From Candidatus Aminicenantes bacterium (GTDB lineage Bacteria > Acidobacteriota > Aminicenantia > Aminicenantales > Aminicenantaceae), in the NCBI GenBank assembly GCA_016783445.1, contig JADHWO010000004.1, positions 11,212 through 75,211 of the forward strand: a DNA stretch of 64,000 nucleotides, in the 5' to 3' direction. Below are positions 37,065-48,000 of the stretch, one piece after another. The notes under the pieces were generated by a model that was given only the letters and a program-made list of their open reading frames with translations, did not search any database and was not told where the DNA came from. Positions within the stretch are counted from its first letter, which is position 1; every line of letters starts with the position of its first letter. The translations under genes and the position numbers were made by a program.

Positions 37065-40000
37065 ATGAGAAAAACAACTTTATTAATTTTTTTATGCCTT
37101 GGTATAGTCACGTCAAATTTTGCTATCGATGATGCTCGGCTGCTGAGGTTCCCTGACATAAATAAAGACCTGATCGTTTTTGTCTATGCCGGAGACATCT
37201 GGTCTGTTCAAGCAGCAGGAGGAGCAGCAAAAAAACTCACGTCTCACGAAGGGATGGAGCTATTTCCTAAAATATCACCAGACAGCAGGTGGATAGCATT
37301 TTCTGCTGAATATTCAGGTTCCCGGCAGGTCTTTATCATGCCCATCACAGGTGGAATCCCAACACAGCTCACCTACTACAATGATGTAGGAATGATGCCG
37401 CCAAGAGGTGGTTTTGACTATCAGGTTCTTGACTGGACGCCTGACAGCCAGAAAATTCTGGTCAGGGCAAACAGGACTCCATACGGACAAAGAAGAGGAA
37501 AATATTTTCTTGTGAGTATTGATGGTGGATTTGAGACTCCCCTTCAGATACCAGAGGGAGGAGGAGGAACCTTTTCTTCGGACGGGAAAAAAATCACTTA
37601 CACTCCAATTGGCAGAGAATTCAGAACCTGGAAGAGATACCAGGGAGGAATGGCCCAGGATATATGGACTTATGATCTTGAAAAAGCCGTATCAAAAAGA
37701 TTGACGACATTCCCTGGAACCGACCAGCATCCCATGTGGTATAAGGATAAAATTTACTTTGTTTCGGATAGAGACTTAACCTTAAATATTTATTCTTATG
37801 ATCTGGCTACAGAAAAGATCGAAAAAATTACAGGTCACTCAGAATACGATGTTCTCTGGCCTTCGGGTGAAAACGGGCTTGTTGTTTATGAGAATGGAGG
37901 TTACATCTACAAATTAAATATCCATACAAACGAGAATCAAAGGATACAGGTCAACATCAATTATGACAGCCCTTATGTTATGCCCTATTTTAAAAATGTT
38001 AAGGAAAATATAACAAGCTTTGACATATCCCCTTCTGGAAAAAGAGCAGTATTCGAAACTAGAGGGGATATATTCACAGTTCCTGCAAAGGAAGGAATTA
38101 CATACAATCTGACTGACACTCAAGGAGTAAGGGAAATTTTCCCTGCATGGTCCCCTGACGGGCAATTTTTAACGTACTACTCGGATAAAACCGGTGAATA
38201 CGAGATTTACCTCATGGACAGGAGTAAGGATAATGCTGTCACTCAACTCACAGAAGGAAGCGAGATATGGCGGTATCCCCTTGTGTGGTCTCCTGACAAC
38301 TCAAAGGTTCTTTTCTCAGACAGGAATCAGGATTTACAGATCCTGGATATCAAAACTAAAAACATTACATATGTGGATAAAGCCCGCCGTTTTGATATCA
38401 CAGATTATGACTGGTCTCCTGATTCCAAGTGGGTAGTTTATACAAAATACAGTGATAACACTCAAGATGCGGTTTGGGCTTATTCCTTGGACAAGGGAAA
38501 AACCTTCCAGCTAACGAATGATATGTTCATAGATTTTTCCCCTGTCTTTTCAACTTGTGGAAAATACATATTTTTCCTCTCAGACAGGAGCTTCAACCTG
38601 AATTTTTCAAGCTTTGAATTCGATTATATTTTCAGGGAATCAACTAATATTTATGCTGTCCCCTTAACAGAAGCCGTGCCTCCTCTCTTTAAAGATAAAA
38701 ATGACCAGGAGGAGGTCAAAAAGGAAAAAGCAGAAAAAGAAACAAACTCCAAAAAAGAAGCGAAAAAAACATCCAAGACAGAGGAAGAAAAGGCACCTTC
38801 AGTCCGGATAAATTTTGAAGGAATAAACGAAAGGATCGTATCCTTCCCCTTAAAACCCGGGGACTACAGAAATCTTACTGCTGTAGAGGGTGGGGTTCTT
38901 TATGTCAAAGATGGCGAATTACACATGTTTAAGATCGAAGATAAGAAAGATTCAGTGATCATAAAGGGAATATCTGGTGGAGCACTTTCGGCAAATAGAA
39001 AAAAGATTCTTTACCGTGCCAGGCAAAAATATGGAATCATCGATTTAAAACCCGATCAGAAGGTTGGAGCCGGAGAGCTAAATCTTTCCGACTTAACAAT
39101 GAAGATAGAACCTCTAAAAGAATGGAAACAGCTTTTTAATGACGGATGGAGAATCTATAGAGACTGGTTCTACGTAAAAAATCTACATGGAGTTGACTGG
39201 CAGAAGATGAAAGTAAAATACGGCCAGCTGGTTCCTTACTTAAGTCACAGGGCTGACCTCGATTTTATTTTTGGAGAGCTTGTCGGAGAGCTGAATACCG
39301 GACACTGCTACATCAACTGGGGAGACTTTCCAAGAGTTAAAAGGGTTGAAGGAGGACTTTTAGGTGCCGAGCTTAAAGTTGACGAGAAATCCTTAAGATA
39401 CATCATCAGCAAAATTTACAAAGGAGAAAACTGGAACGAAAGAACAAGGTCTCCCTTAACCGAACAGGGAATCAATGTGAAGGAGGGCGATTACCTCATC
39501 AGTCTCAACGGCCAAAATATCACCACAAAAGACAATCCTTACAAATTTCTTGAAAACACAGTCGGAAAAAGGATACCTATCGTTGTGAATTCTAAGCCTG
39601 TTGAGAAAGGAGCAAGAGAGTTCCTGATAAAGCCAATCCAGAGCGAGCTGAACCTTTTTTACATGGATTGGGTGAATTCAAGAAGAGAAATGGTGGATAA
39701 ACTCTCAAAAGGGAAAATAGGCTACTTCCATGTTCCCAATACCTCTGTTGAGGGAAACAGGGAACTGTTTAAAGGCTTTTATGCTTTTAGAAACAAGGAT
39801 GCACTGATCATTGACGAAAGATATAACGGAGGCGGTTTTATTCCTGATGTCATGACAGAACTCCTGACAAGAAAAATCTTAAGTTACTGGGGAAGGAGAG
39901 GTTTGATTCCAAGCCAGACTCCAGGTGCAGCTCACGAGGGGCCAAAAGTCATGCTCATCAATCACTATTCTGCTTCTGGCGGCGACGCTTTCCCCTACTA

Positions 40001-40331
40001 CTTCAAAAAGAACAAACTGGGAACTCTTATCGGGACTAGAACCTGGGGAGGACTTGTCGGATTGTCAGGCAATCCGGCCCTGGCTGATGGAGGTTATACT
40101 GCAGTTCCTACATTTGGTTTTATAAACACAGAAGGAAATTGGGCAGTAGAAGGAGTTGGAGTCTATCCGGATATAGAAGTGTATGACCGGCCAGAGCTTG
40201 TGGCCAAAGGAGAAGATCCATGTATAAAAAAAGCTGTCGAAGTCCTTCTTGAAGAGCTTAAAAAGAATCCTCCGAAAAAAATAAAAAAGCCCGAAGATCC
40301 TGACCGCTCGAAGCGGATAAAGAAAAAGTAA
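37065..40331 (+). CDS. Tricorn protease homologue (S41; beta-propellers + PDZ)
   Basis: Signal peptide and PD40/TolB repeats. Also FRTWKRYQGG, IGYFHVPN, DERYNGGG, ASGGDAFP, GTRTWGG and VEGVGVYPD. Confidence 0.93.
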   Translation: MRKTTLLIFLCLGIVTSNFAIDDARLLRFPDINKDLIVFVYAGDIWSVQAAGGAAKKLTSHEGMELFPKISPDSRWIAFSAEYSGSRQVFIMPITGGIPTQLTYYNDVGMMPPRGGFDYQVLDWTPDSQKILVRANRTPYGQRRGKYFLVSIDGGFETPLQIPEGGGGTFSSDGKKITYTPIGREFRTWKRYQGGMAQDIWTYDLEKAVSKRLTTFPGTDQHPMWYKDKIYFVSDRDLTLNIYSYDLATEKIEKITGHSEYDVLWPSGENGLVVYENGGYIYKLNIHTNENQRIQVNINYDSPYVMPYFKNVKENITSFDISPSGKRAVFETRGDIFTVPAKEGITYNLTDTQGVREIFPAWSPDGQFLTYYSDKTGEYEIYLMDRSKDNAVTQLTEGSEIWRYPLVWSPDNSKVLFSDRNQDLQILDIKTKNITYVDKARRFDITDYDWSPDSKWVVYTKYSDNTQDAVWAYSLDKGKTFQLTNDMFIDFSPVFSTCGKYIFFLSDRSFNLNFSSFEFDYIFRESTNIYAVPLTEAVPPLFKDKNDQEEVKKEKAEKETNSKKEAKKTSKTEEEKAPSVRINFEGINERIVSFPLKPGDYRNLTAVEGGVLYVKDGELHMFKIEDKKDSVIIKGISGGALSANRKKILYRARQKYGIIDLKPDQKVGAGELNLSDLTMKIEPLKEWKQLFNDGWRIYRDWFYVKNLHGVDWQKMKVKYGQLVPYLSHRADLDFIFGELVGELNTGHCYINWGDFPRVKRVEGGLLGAELKVDEKSLRYIISKIYKGENWNERTRSPLTEQGINVKEGDYLISLNGQNITTKDNPYKFLENTVGKRIPIVVNSKPVEKGAREFLIKPIQSELNLFYMDWVNSRREMVDKLSKGKIGYFHVPNTSVEGNRELFKGFYAFRNKDALIIDERYNGGGFIPDVMTELLTRKILSYWGRRGLIPSQTPGAAHEGPKVMLINHYSASGGDAFPYYFKKNKLGTLIGTRTWGGLVGLSGNPALADGGYTAVPTFGFINTEGNWAVEGVGVYPDIEVYDRPELVAKGEDPCIKKAVEVLLEELKKNPPKKIKKPEDPDRSKRIKKK

Positions 40332-40446
40332 CCAGCGACTCATAAATAAGATAACTTACATGGATAATCGCCAAAGGCCAGGGTAAAACGTAGATAAGTT
40401 ACTGTTCTTAAATTAAGCTGAAAGAGAAAATTCCAAGGAAAGTCTT

Positions 40447-41439
40447 TTACATTTCCACATTGAAGCCAAGGTCTAGGCTTTTTGCGCGGCGCAGTACGAG
40501 CTCGGCAACAGCCACATCCTGAACAGCCAATCCCACTGATTTGAAGAACGTTGATTCTCCTTCTGACTCACGACCCGGAATTTTTCCTGCTGCCACCTCT
40601 CCAATTTCTCCGTAAATATGCTGCTCTGAAATAAGTCCTCCTTCTATAGAAATAATCAAATCTCCTGCTTCAGCAAGACTTGCCTCACGAGAATCCACAA
40701 CTACCTTGGAGCGAACTACAGTCCGGGCAGGAATTTCCTGCATTTCCGGTGTATAAGAGCCGATACCATTTATATGAACACCTGGTTTGAGGTCTTCATC
40801 ATTAAACACAGGTTTACTAGAGGTCGTAGCTGCACAAATAACATCAGCCTCACAGACAGCCTGTTTTGGTGTTTTTGCTATAAAAATATTTTCAGGAATT
40901 GGGTTGCCTCGAGTTTTCATCTCTTTAACATAAGCCAGTGCGGTTTTTAGCTCCACATCATAGACCCAAACCTCTTCTATAGGTCTAACCGTACAAATTG
41001 CTTCTAACTGAGTTCGGGATTGAGTCCCTGCTCCAAAAATAGCTGCTACCCGGGAATCCTGGCGCGACAAAAGATCCGTTGCAACACCAGATGCAGCTCC
41101 TGTACGTAGCGCTGTAAGATATGTTCCATCCATAATAGACAGTGGTCGACCGGTTTCTGTTTCCACTACAATCACAACAGCATGAATTGTAGGCAGTCTT
41201 TTACTCTGATTATTGGGAAAAATCGAGACAATTTTAGCTCCCATTGCCTCACTTTCAGCTAAATAGGCGGGCATAAAAAGGGTCACTCCGCTTTGCTTCT
41301 TCACCTGAATCTGCGTCCTTAACGGCACGTCTGCTTTGCCACTTGAAAGCTGTATAAACGCTTTTTTTACAGTTTTTATGGCTTCGGCCATATTTACAGC
41401 TTGAGCCACATCATTTCTGGATAGTATTTTTAGTCTCAT
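40447..41439 (-). CDS. Ornithine cyclodeaminase/mu-crystallin family imine reductase
   Basis: Motifs LFMPAY, LTALRTGAASG, GAGTQ, HINGIGS and FKSVGLAVQD. Confidence 0.88.
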   Translation of the reverse strand: MRLKILSRNDVAQAVNMAEAIKTVKKAFIQLSSGKADVPLRTQIQVKKQSGVTLFMPAYLAESEAMGAKIVSIFPNNQSKRLPTIHAVVIVVETETGRPLSIMDGTYLTALRTGAASGVATDLLSRQDSRVAAIFGAGTQSRTQLEAICTVRPIEEVWVYDVELKTALAYVKEMKTRGNPIPENIFIAKTPKQAVCEADVICAATTSSKPVFNDEDLKPGVHINGIGSYTPEMQEIPARTVVRSKVVVDSREASLAEAGDLIISIEGGLISEQHIYGEIGEVAAGKIPGRESEGESTFFKSVGLAVQDVAVAELVLRRAKSLDLGFNVEM

Positions 41440-41443
41440 TGGC

Positions 41444-42598
41444 TTACACCACCCTTTTTTCTCCTTTATGTTTTATGTCTCTTTGCCTTCTAAAAGTAAA
41501 CGGTTTTAAATCAAAATCAGTACGACCATCAAGGATGAGCTCAGAAAGGATAATACCTACTGCAGGCCCTTGTTGAAAACCATGACCCGAAAAACCAATA
41601 GCACAAAAGAATCCATCGAAACCAGGAATCGCTCCAATAAACGGATTTCCATCAGGAGTGATTGAGTATAGTCCTCCCCAACCTCGAAGGATTTCAGCTT
41701 TTTCCAGGATAGAGGCCCGGTGAATTGCAGCCTCAATAACTTCCTCCAGGAACTCTCGGTCCACATGGAGATTAAAGCTTGAAGGCTCATTTTGGTCACT
41801 CATGCCCATAAGAAGACCCGGATCTTCACCCCGGAAGTAAAATGTAACATCCTGGTCAATAATCATTGGTACAGGCTTTGGAATCACATCAAAGGATTTT
41901 GTCATAAAGACTTGGCGGCGGTAGGGTTTTACTGGAATGTTTATTCCAGCCATCCCTGCAACTTCACTTCCCCAGGGCCCGGCTACATTAACGACAATAG
42001 ACGAAGAGATGGCCCCCTTACTTGTCTCAACTCCTTGAACTCTGCCGTTTTTTATCTTGATGCCGGTCACCTCTGTTTTTTCTTCAATCCGGACACCAAG
42101 CTTCCTGGCACAATTAGCAAATCCCATCGCAACAAGATAAGGATCTGCATAGCCATCTTCTGGACCAAGAGTTCCACCTTTTAAATCTTCAACATTTAAG
42201 TAAGGCCATCGGTGTTTGATCTCCTTTGGGGATAGCACCTCCACAGGAACGCCATACTGGCGCTGTGTTTCAACATCGGATAAAAAATTTCTCCAGGTCT
42301 CTTCCTTCTGGGCAAGAAAAAGATAGCCTACCTGGCGGAAGTTTATATCAACACCAAATTCCTCTTTAAAATGCTCAAACAGCTGTACAGACTTTTGTAC
42401 CAAACGAATATTCGCAGGATGAGAGAATTGCTGGCGAATACCCCCAACACTCAATCCCGTTGAAGCCTGGGCCAAAAGCTCTTTTTCCAGGATAACGACA
42501 TCCGAGACACCACTTTTAGCCAGATAATAAGCTGTGCATACTCCCATTATGCCGCCGCCGATGATGGCTACCTCGGCTGTATTTTTCCAGTCTATCAT
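41444..42598 (-). CDS. FAD-dependent amino-acid oxidoreductase (DadA/SoxB-like)
   Basis: Motifs IIGGGIMG, GGIRQQF, GLYSITPD and GFSGHGFQQGP. Confidence 0.88.
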   Translation of the reverse strand: MIDWKNTAEVAIIGGGIMGVCTAYYLAKSGVSDVVILEKELLAQASTGLSVGGIRQQFSHPANIRLVQKSVQLFEHFKEEFGVDINFRQVGYLFLAQKEETWRNFLSDVETQRQYGVPVEVLSPKEIKHRWPYLNVEDLKGGTLGPEDGYADPYLVAMGFANCARKLGVRIEEKTEVTGIKIKNGRVQGVETSKGAISSSIVVNVAGPWGSEVAGMAGINIPVKPYRRQVFMTKSFDVIPKPVPMIIDQDVTFYFRGEDPGLLMGMSDQNEPSSFNLHVDREFLEEVIEAAIHRASILEKAEILRGWGGLYSITPDGNPFIGAIPGFDGFFCAIGFSGHGFQQGPAVGIILSELILDGRTDFDLKPFTFRRQRDIKHKGEKRVV

Positions 42599-42656
42599 CT
42601 TAAATATAATTCACAAGCCGTTCTCGAACAGCCTGTATTGATCCCAGCTTTTTCGA

Positions 42657-44918
42657 TTACGTTTTTGAGCGGACCATGAGGACAGAGGCAGAAGCCTGAT
42701 TGGCTACCTTGTCAGGAATTGAACCAAAAAGCCACCGTCGGAGTATCCACTCCTCTGATGCACCCATTACAATAAGATCATGCTCTCCAGAGATACGGAC
42801 AATTGCCCGGGCAATATCTGTATCAATAACAACACATATATCAGCCGGAACTCCAGCCTCGGTGAGTCTATCACGGACAAAGTCTTCGGCTTCCCCTTGA
42901 AAGAGCCGGATGCTTTCCCTGTCAAAATCAGAGCTGGCAGCTGATGGACCCCGTCCAACCTGCACATTTAATGCTGTGATTGAAGCCTTCCACTCAGAAG
43001 CTAAATCATTGGCCAGCTGAAGTCCAAGCCGCGCATGCGAACCTCCACTGATAGGAACCAGAATGCGTCGGACATTCTGTAAACCTCGATCTTTAAGAAC
43101 CAGTACATTTCCCTTTGCAATCTTCAGCACGCCTGCAACACAGGTCCGTTGGGTTCTGAGCATACGAACTTCACCCCGCCAGCCCATTACAATAAGGTCA
43201 GGCTGCTCCACATCAGCTATGCTGAGGATAGCCGAGGTAACACTGTGAGCCACTATAGCAGTGGCTCGAGCTTTAACTCCTTTTTCGGAGGCATGATAGG
43301 ATGCGGTATCCAGAAGTGTTTTCTTCTCCCATCGCCTTTTCTCATATTCTATCCGCCCCGCTTCAAGAGGTGTTTGTGCCGGGACATTCACAACGTGAAT
43401 CAATTGAAGATGAGCTCTGCGTTTTTTAGCCAATGCAGTGCTCAGCATCAGCAACGAATGCTCGGTATCCGGATTAGCCAAAGGAACAAGAATCACCGGA
43501 AGCTCTTCGCGACGTGAGACAAGGTATTCCTTAGCTCTTACTACAAGAGGTTTAACAACTTTTTTTTGCCATAATATATTCGAGGCACCAACCAGTTGTG
43601 TTCCTTTACGTAAGAAAATTATATACCAGAGAAAACTCGCAGCAATAATCATATATCCAATGATCAGAGAAACTCGACTTGTATTAACGATGACAAAAAT
43701 GCATCCCAGCAATCCCAAAACCGGAACAAGCGGATATCCAGGGGTCCGAAAACTGGGTTTATACCAATCCAGCTTAGCGTATCTCATAATCATACATGCT
43801 AAAGTTATAAGGGAATAGAGTACAAGGCTCAGGAAACCGGCGACTTCAGCCAGAAGCTCAAGATGACCCCCGAGAAACACCAGTACAAGCATGGTCAGGC
43901 CACCGGTCACTGCGATCGACCGGTAAGGTGTCCTGAAGCGGGAGTGAATCCGATTGAGCCAGTCAGGCATGAGCTGGTCTCTACCCATGGCAAAAGAAAT
44001 TCTCGACGCTGCCATTACACTGGCATTTGCTGAAGATACTGTAGCCAGAATACCCCCGACAAGCACCAGAATATACCCTCCTCTGCCCATGAGATTCCTG
44101 GCAAGATCCATAAGCACAGTTTCATTGGCCATACTCGGATCGTTGTACTGCCTTAATCCCAGCATACAAAACACAACAGCACAATAGACAATAGTTACAA
44201 TCACAACAGAACCAACCAGAGCAAGAGGGAGATTTCTGTCTGGATTTCGGATTTCTTCAGAAATGGCAGAAATTTCAGCAAATCCCATAAAAGTGATGAA
44301 GAGAATCGGCAGGGTTATCAGCACACCAGAGAATCCAATCTCTGGAGGAATAAAGGGAGTTAATCTTTCAGGCTCTACAGAGAATAGTGCCCGTACAACA
44401 AATACCATCAGCACAAATAAAAGCATCGCGACAATAACGGTTTGAGTACGCCCTGTTTCTCTCGCTCCAATAAAGTTAAGCAGGCCGAGCAACGCTGTTA
44501 CAACAAGGGCAATCATAACAGGTGAAACACCTAAAGCATCACTCACATAGTGACCGAATCCAATCATATAGAAGGCGGATGCGAATATAAGGCTCAGCCA
44601 TAAAGCCCAGCCCATAATTGTGCCAATCAAAGGCCCAAATGCTCGGACCATGAATAAGTAGCCACCCCCAGCATAAGGCATTCCTGTGGACAACTCGGCC
44701 ATACAGAGAGCAACCAAGACTGAAACAAAGCCGCAGATGATAAATGATAATAATACGGCTGGTCCTGCTTTGCCTGCGACTATTCCAGGCAAAACAAATA
44801 TGCCTGCCCCGATCATCGTACCAACACCAACAGACAATGCCGCGCCAAAACCCAGGTCGCGAGCAAGCTTTATTTTAGAGTTCTCACTCGAGTTTCCGGC
44901 TTTACTGTTTTTCTTCAT
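42657..44918 (-). CDS. APC amino-acid permease fused to two universal-stress domains
   Basis: Motifs GTMIGAGIF, EEIRNP.RNLP and SRISFAMGRD. The C-terminal USP-like domains have ILVPLAN, ILVPISGG and LFGSIPDKVA. Confidence 0.88.
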   Translation of the reverse strand: MKKNSKAGNSSENSKIKLARDLGFGAALSVGVGTMIGAGIFVLPGIVAGKAGPAVLLSFIICGFVSVLVALCMAELSTGMPYAGGGYLFMVRAFGPLIGTIMGWALWLSLIFASAFYMIGFGHYVSDALGVSPVMIALVVTALLGLLNFIGARETGRTQTVIVAMLLFVLMVFVVRALFSVEPERLTPFIPPEIGFSGVLITLPILFITFMGFAEISAISEEIRNPDRNLPLALVGSVVIVTIVYCAVVFCMLGLRQYNDPSMANETVLMDLARNLMGRGGYILVLVGGILATVSSANASVMAASRISFAMGRDQLMPDWLNRIHSRFRTPYRSIAVTGGLTMLVLVFLGGHLELLAEVAGFLSLVLYSLITLACMIMRYAKLDWYKPSFRTPGYPLVPVLGLLGCIFVIVNTSRVSLIIGYMIIAASFLWYIIFLRKGTQLVGASNILWQKKVVKPLVVRAKEYLVSRREELPVILVPLANPDTEHSLLMLSTALAKKRRAHLQLIHVVNVPAQTPLEAGRIEYEKRRWEKKTLLDTASYHASEKGVKARATAIVAHSVTSAILSIADVEQPDLIVMGWRGEVRMLRTQRTCVAGVLKIAKGNVLVLKDRGLQNVRRILVPISGGSHARLGLQLANDLASEWKASITALNVQVGRGPSAASSDFDRESIRLFQGEAEDFVRDRLTEAGVPADICVVIDTDIARAIVRISGEHDLIVMGASEEWILRRWLFGSIPDKVANQASASVLMVRSKT

Positions 44919-45064
44919 GATAATAATTTTTGTTATCTATAAACTGCCCAACTCGTGAATTATTCAGGTTAATTAATCTGATTTATTATACATTTACGAA
45001 AAGATAAATTAACTCCTCGATATTTATCTGCAAGTGCAGAGTTACAACATCACTGAGTTTTTTA

Positions 45065-48000
45065 TTACCTGATTCTTATAGGGTAAGGAGGTCGCTTTAA
45101 TTTTATAGGTGGATTCTTCTTGAGCTCTTCCATAATAACTTCAATAGCCTTTTCCAGTTGAGGATCTCGTCCGGCAATCACATCAGCAGGCCACTGTTCA
45201 ACTTCAATATCCGGAGGAACTCCTACATTCTCAACGACCCAACCATTCTCTGTCCATATAGCCAGGTTTGGAGCAGAGACATAGCCGCCATCCATCAGGA
45301 TTGGAAATCCAAGGGTTCCTACCAGGCCGCCCCACGTTCTTTTTCCGATCAGTTTGCCAAGCTTGAATTTCCGGAACATCCAGGGAAGCAGATCACCTCC
45401 GGAACCGGCTGTCTCATCAATAAGCATAACCTTAGGACCTTGAATGGATGCACCTGGCGTTTTAAGATCAGCCCCATAACGCATGTGCCAGTAGCAGGTT
45501 AAAGGACGCCGCAAAATATCTATATAGTAGTCTGCAACTGAGCCGCCACCGTTAAACCTCTCATCAACAATGATGGCATCTTTGTTCACCTGGGGAAAGA
45601 AATACCGTTTGAAATAGGTGTGTCCCGTTGTTGTTGTATTTGGCACATAAACATAAGCCACCCGGCCATTTGTAGCCTTATCAACTTTTTTGAGGTTCCC
45701 CTCCACCCAGTCACGATTCCGTAGAGAGCTCTCGTCGCGAACAGGGACAACAAATACAGTACGTGAGCCTGCGCTGTTTGGATCCGGACCAACAGTTATT
45801 TCAATAAGTTTTCCCGCAGAATTTTCAAATAAACTGAAAATATTCTGCGGGGGGCGAAGTTCCTTCCCGCGTACAGCCAGGAGATATTCTCCCTTTTTAA
45901 CATCTACGCCTGGCTCAGTTAAGGGAGAACGAAGCTGGGGATTCCAGTTGAGACCGCCATAGACCTTTTTAAACCTGTAGCGGCCATTTTCTATAGAATA
46001 ATCGGCACCGAGCAAACCTCCGGGAACCTGTTTGGACAACGCAGGTGTGTCTCCACCTCCTACTCGATGGTGCCCTACAGCCAGTTCACTACACATCCAT
46101 TGAATCACCCGGTTGAGGTCTCCACGAGTTGCAACATGAGGAAGGAACACAGCGTATTTCTTTTGCATGGCCTCCCAGTCTGCACCGTGCATGTTTGTAG
46201 CATAGAAAAAATCGCGGTTAATTCGCCAGGCTTCATAAAAAATCTGTTGCCATTCAGCCCTTGGGTCTATACGTACTTCAATGGCATTAGTGTCGATCTT
46301 TCCCTGACCGGGCTTTATCTTTCCGGCTGCAGGTGCAATTCCCAGGGAATCACTGGAAATGTAGAGTATCTTTTTCTTATCGGCTGAAATTTCATACCCA
46401 TTAACTCCTGATAAAACAACTTCATCTTTACGTTTATTGAGGTCGTACATATGCAGCTTGGTTTCCCTTGCATAGGGTCCCCGGCTTCCCGAAGGTGCTT
46501 CAAGATAATAGAATTCTCCTGCCTTGCCGGCCTGAAGACTAAAATAGGCGCCAGCAGAAAGAGATAGAGCAAGTATTCGCTGATTGAGGCCATCAAAGTC
46601 TACAGAGAAAGCCTTTTCCGGCTTTGCTTTTTTCTTTTCAGGCTCTATCTTCTTTTCAGGTTTTTCTTTCTTTATCATCCCCTCTTCCTCGTCACTCTCC
46701 TTGGTAAGAGGTGATGGAACGTCCTTTTGCAGCACAGCAAGATAAATGGAACGTGTCATGCGCGTATCAGCATTTGACATGGCAAACCACTGTTTGACCG
46801 GCCCGGCATCAGTGGATGCAAAAAAGTAGAGATATTTACCGCTCTCATCAAAAGCAGGATCGCTGACATCACTCAGGCCATCTGTAACCACATAGGATTT
46901 ATCTTTTTCAAGAGAGTAGAGATAAACCTTCGAGATATAAGCTGCGGTATTCAGCGTGTAAACAATCCATTTGGAATCAGGGGACCAGGTAGACGTGATC
47001 GTCTTTGCACGTCTTGGCCCGAAGAGGTATTCAGACCCGATTTTCTTCGAGATCCCTGTTTTTAAATCTATCCAGTAGAGAGTCCAGGAGTTATCTGCAA
47101 AAGAAATTTTCTGGCTGTCTGGCGACCAGACCGGGGTGTCATAAAATCCAGTGCCTGTCAGCTTGAACTTTTTCACATCTCCCTTGCCGTCCTGGGTACT
47201 AACATGGAGCTCGTATTCACCAGACTCGTCTGAAAAGTAAGCAATGTTTTTTCCGTCAGGTGACCAGACTGGACTCCGTTCATGAGTGCCTGTTGTGTTT
47301 GTCAGGTTCCGGGGGTCTCCTTTTTCAGCCGGAACCGTGATTATCTCCCCACGAAATCCTAAAACAGCTCTTGCTCCGGAGGGAGAAATCGAAGCACCCC
47401 TTATATAACGGAATCCACTGACATAGCGGGGACGAACCTCAATCAAGTCGGCTGCTACACCAACAGTTAATTTCGTGCTCCGTGCATATGAGGGATTGAA
47501 GATGTGGAGATGCCCAGCCTGTTCGTAGATAATTTTCTCATTACCTGAAGAAGCACTAAGAACAGGAAAATCTTTATGGGAGGTGAGCTGCTTGATTTCT
47601 TTCGATTTTGTATCGAATGAAAAAATATTAAATTCTCCATTTCGATCTGAAAGAAAATATATCTTCTCCCCTATCCACATAGGATCAGTATCATTACAGC
47701 GGCCTTCAGGCTGAGGAATCTTTTCTACTGAGTAATCGCTAAAAGTGATAATCCAAATTGTGGAAACCGTTCCTCCTCGATAATTTTTCCACTGGCGAAA
47801 GCGTTCAGAGAGTGGAGTGTAAGCCATTTTACTGCCGTCAGGTGAGTATGTTGCCTTGTAAGCATTGGGAATTTTTAGGGATGTGGGAAGCCCGCCTTTA
47901 AGAGGCACAGTAAAAAGCTGCGTATACCGCCTTGTAAAAACATAACGGGGAGATATAAACAGCACTGAGGAGCCGTCCGGTGTAAAGCCGCGAACAATAT

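Noticed and set aside
42613-42636. Imperfect palindrome ACAAGCCGTTCTCGAACAGCCTGT
   Set aside because: Single copy with no U-tract. It cannot be distinguished from chance or a weak operator.
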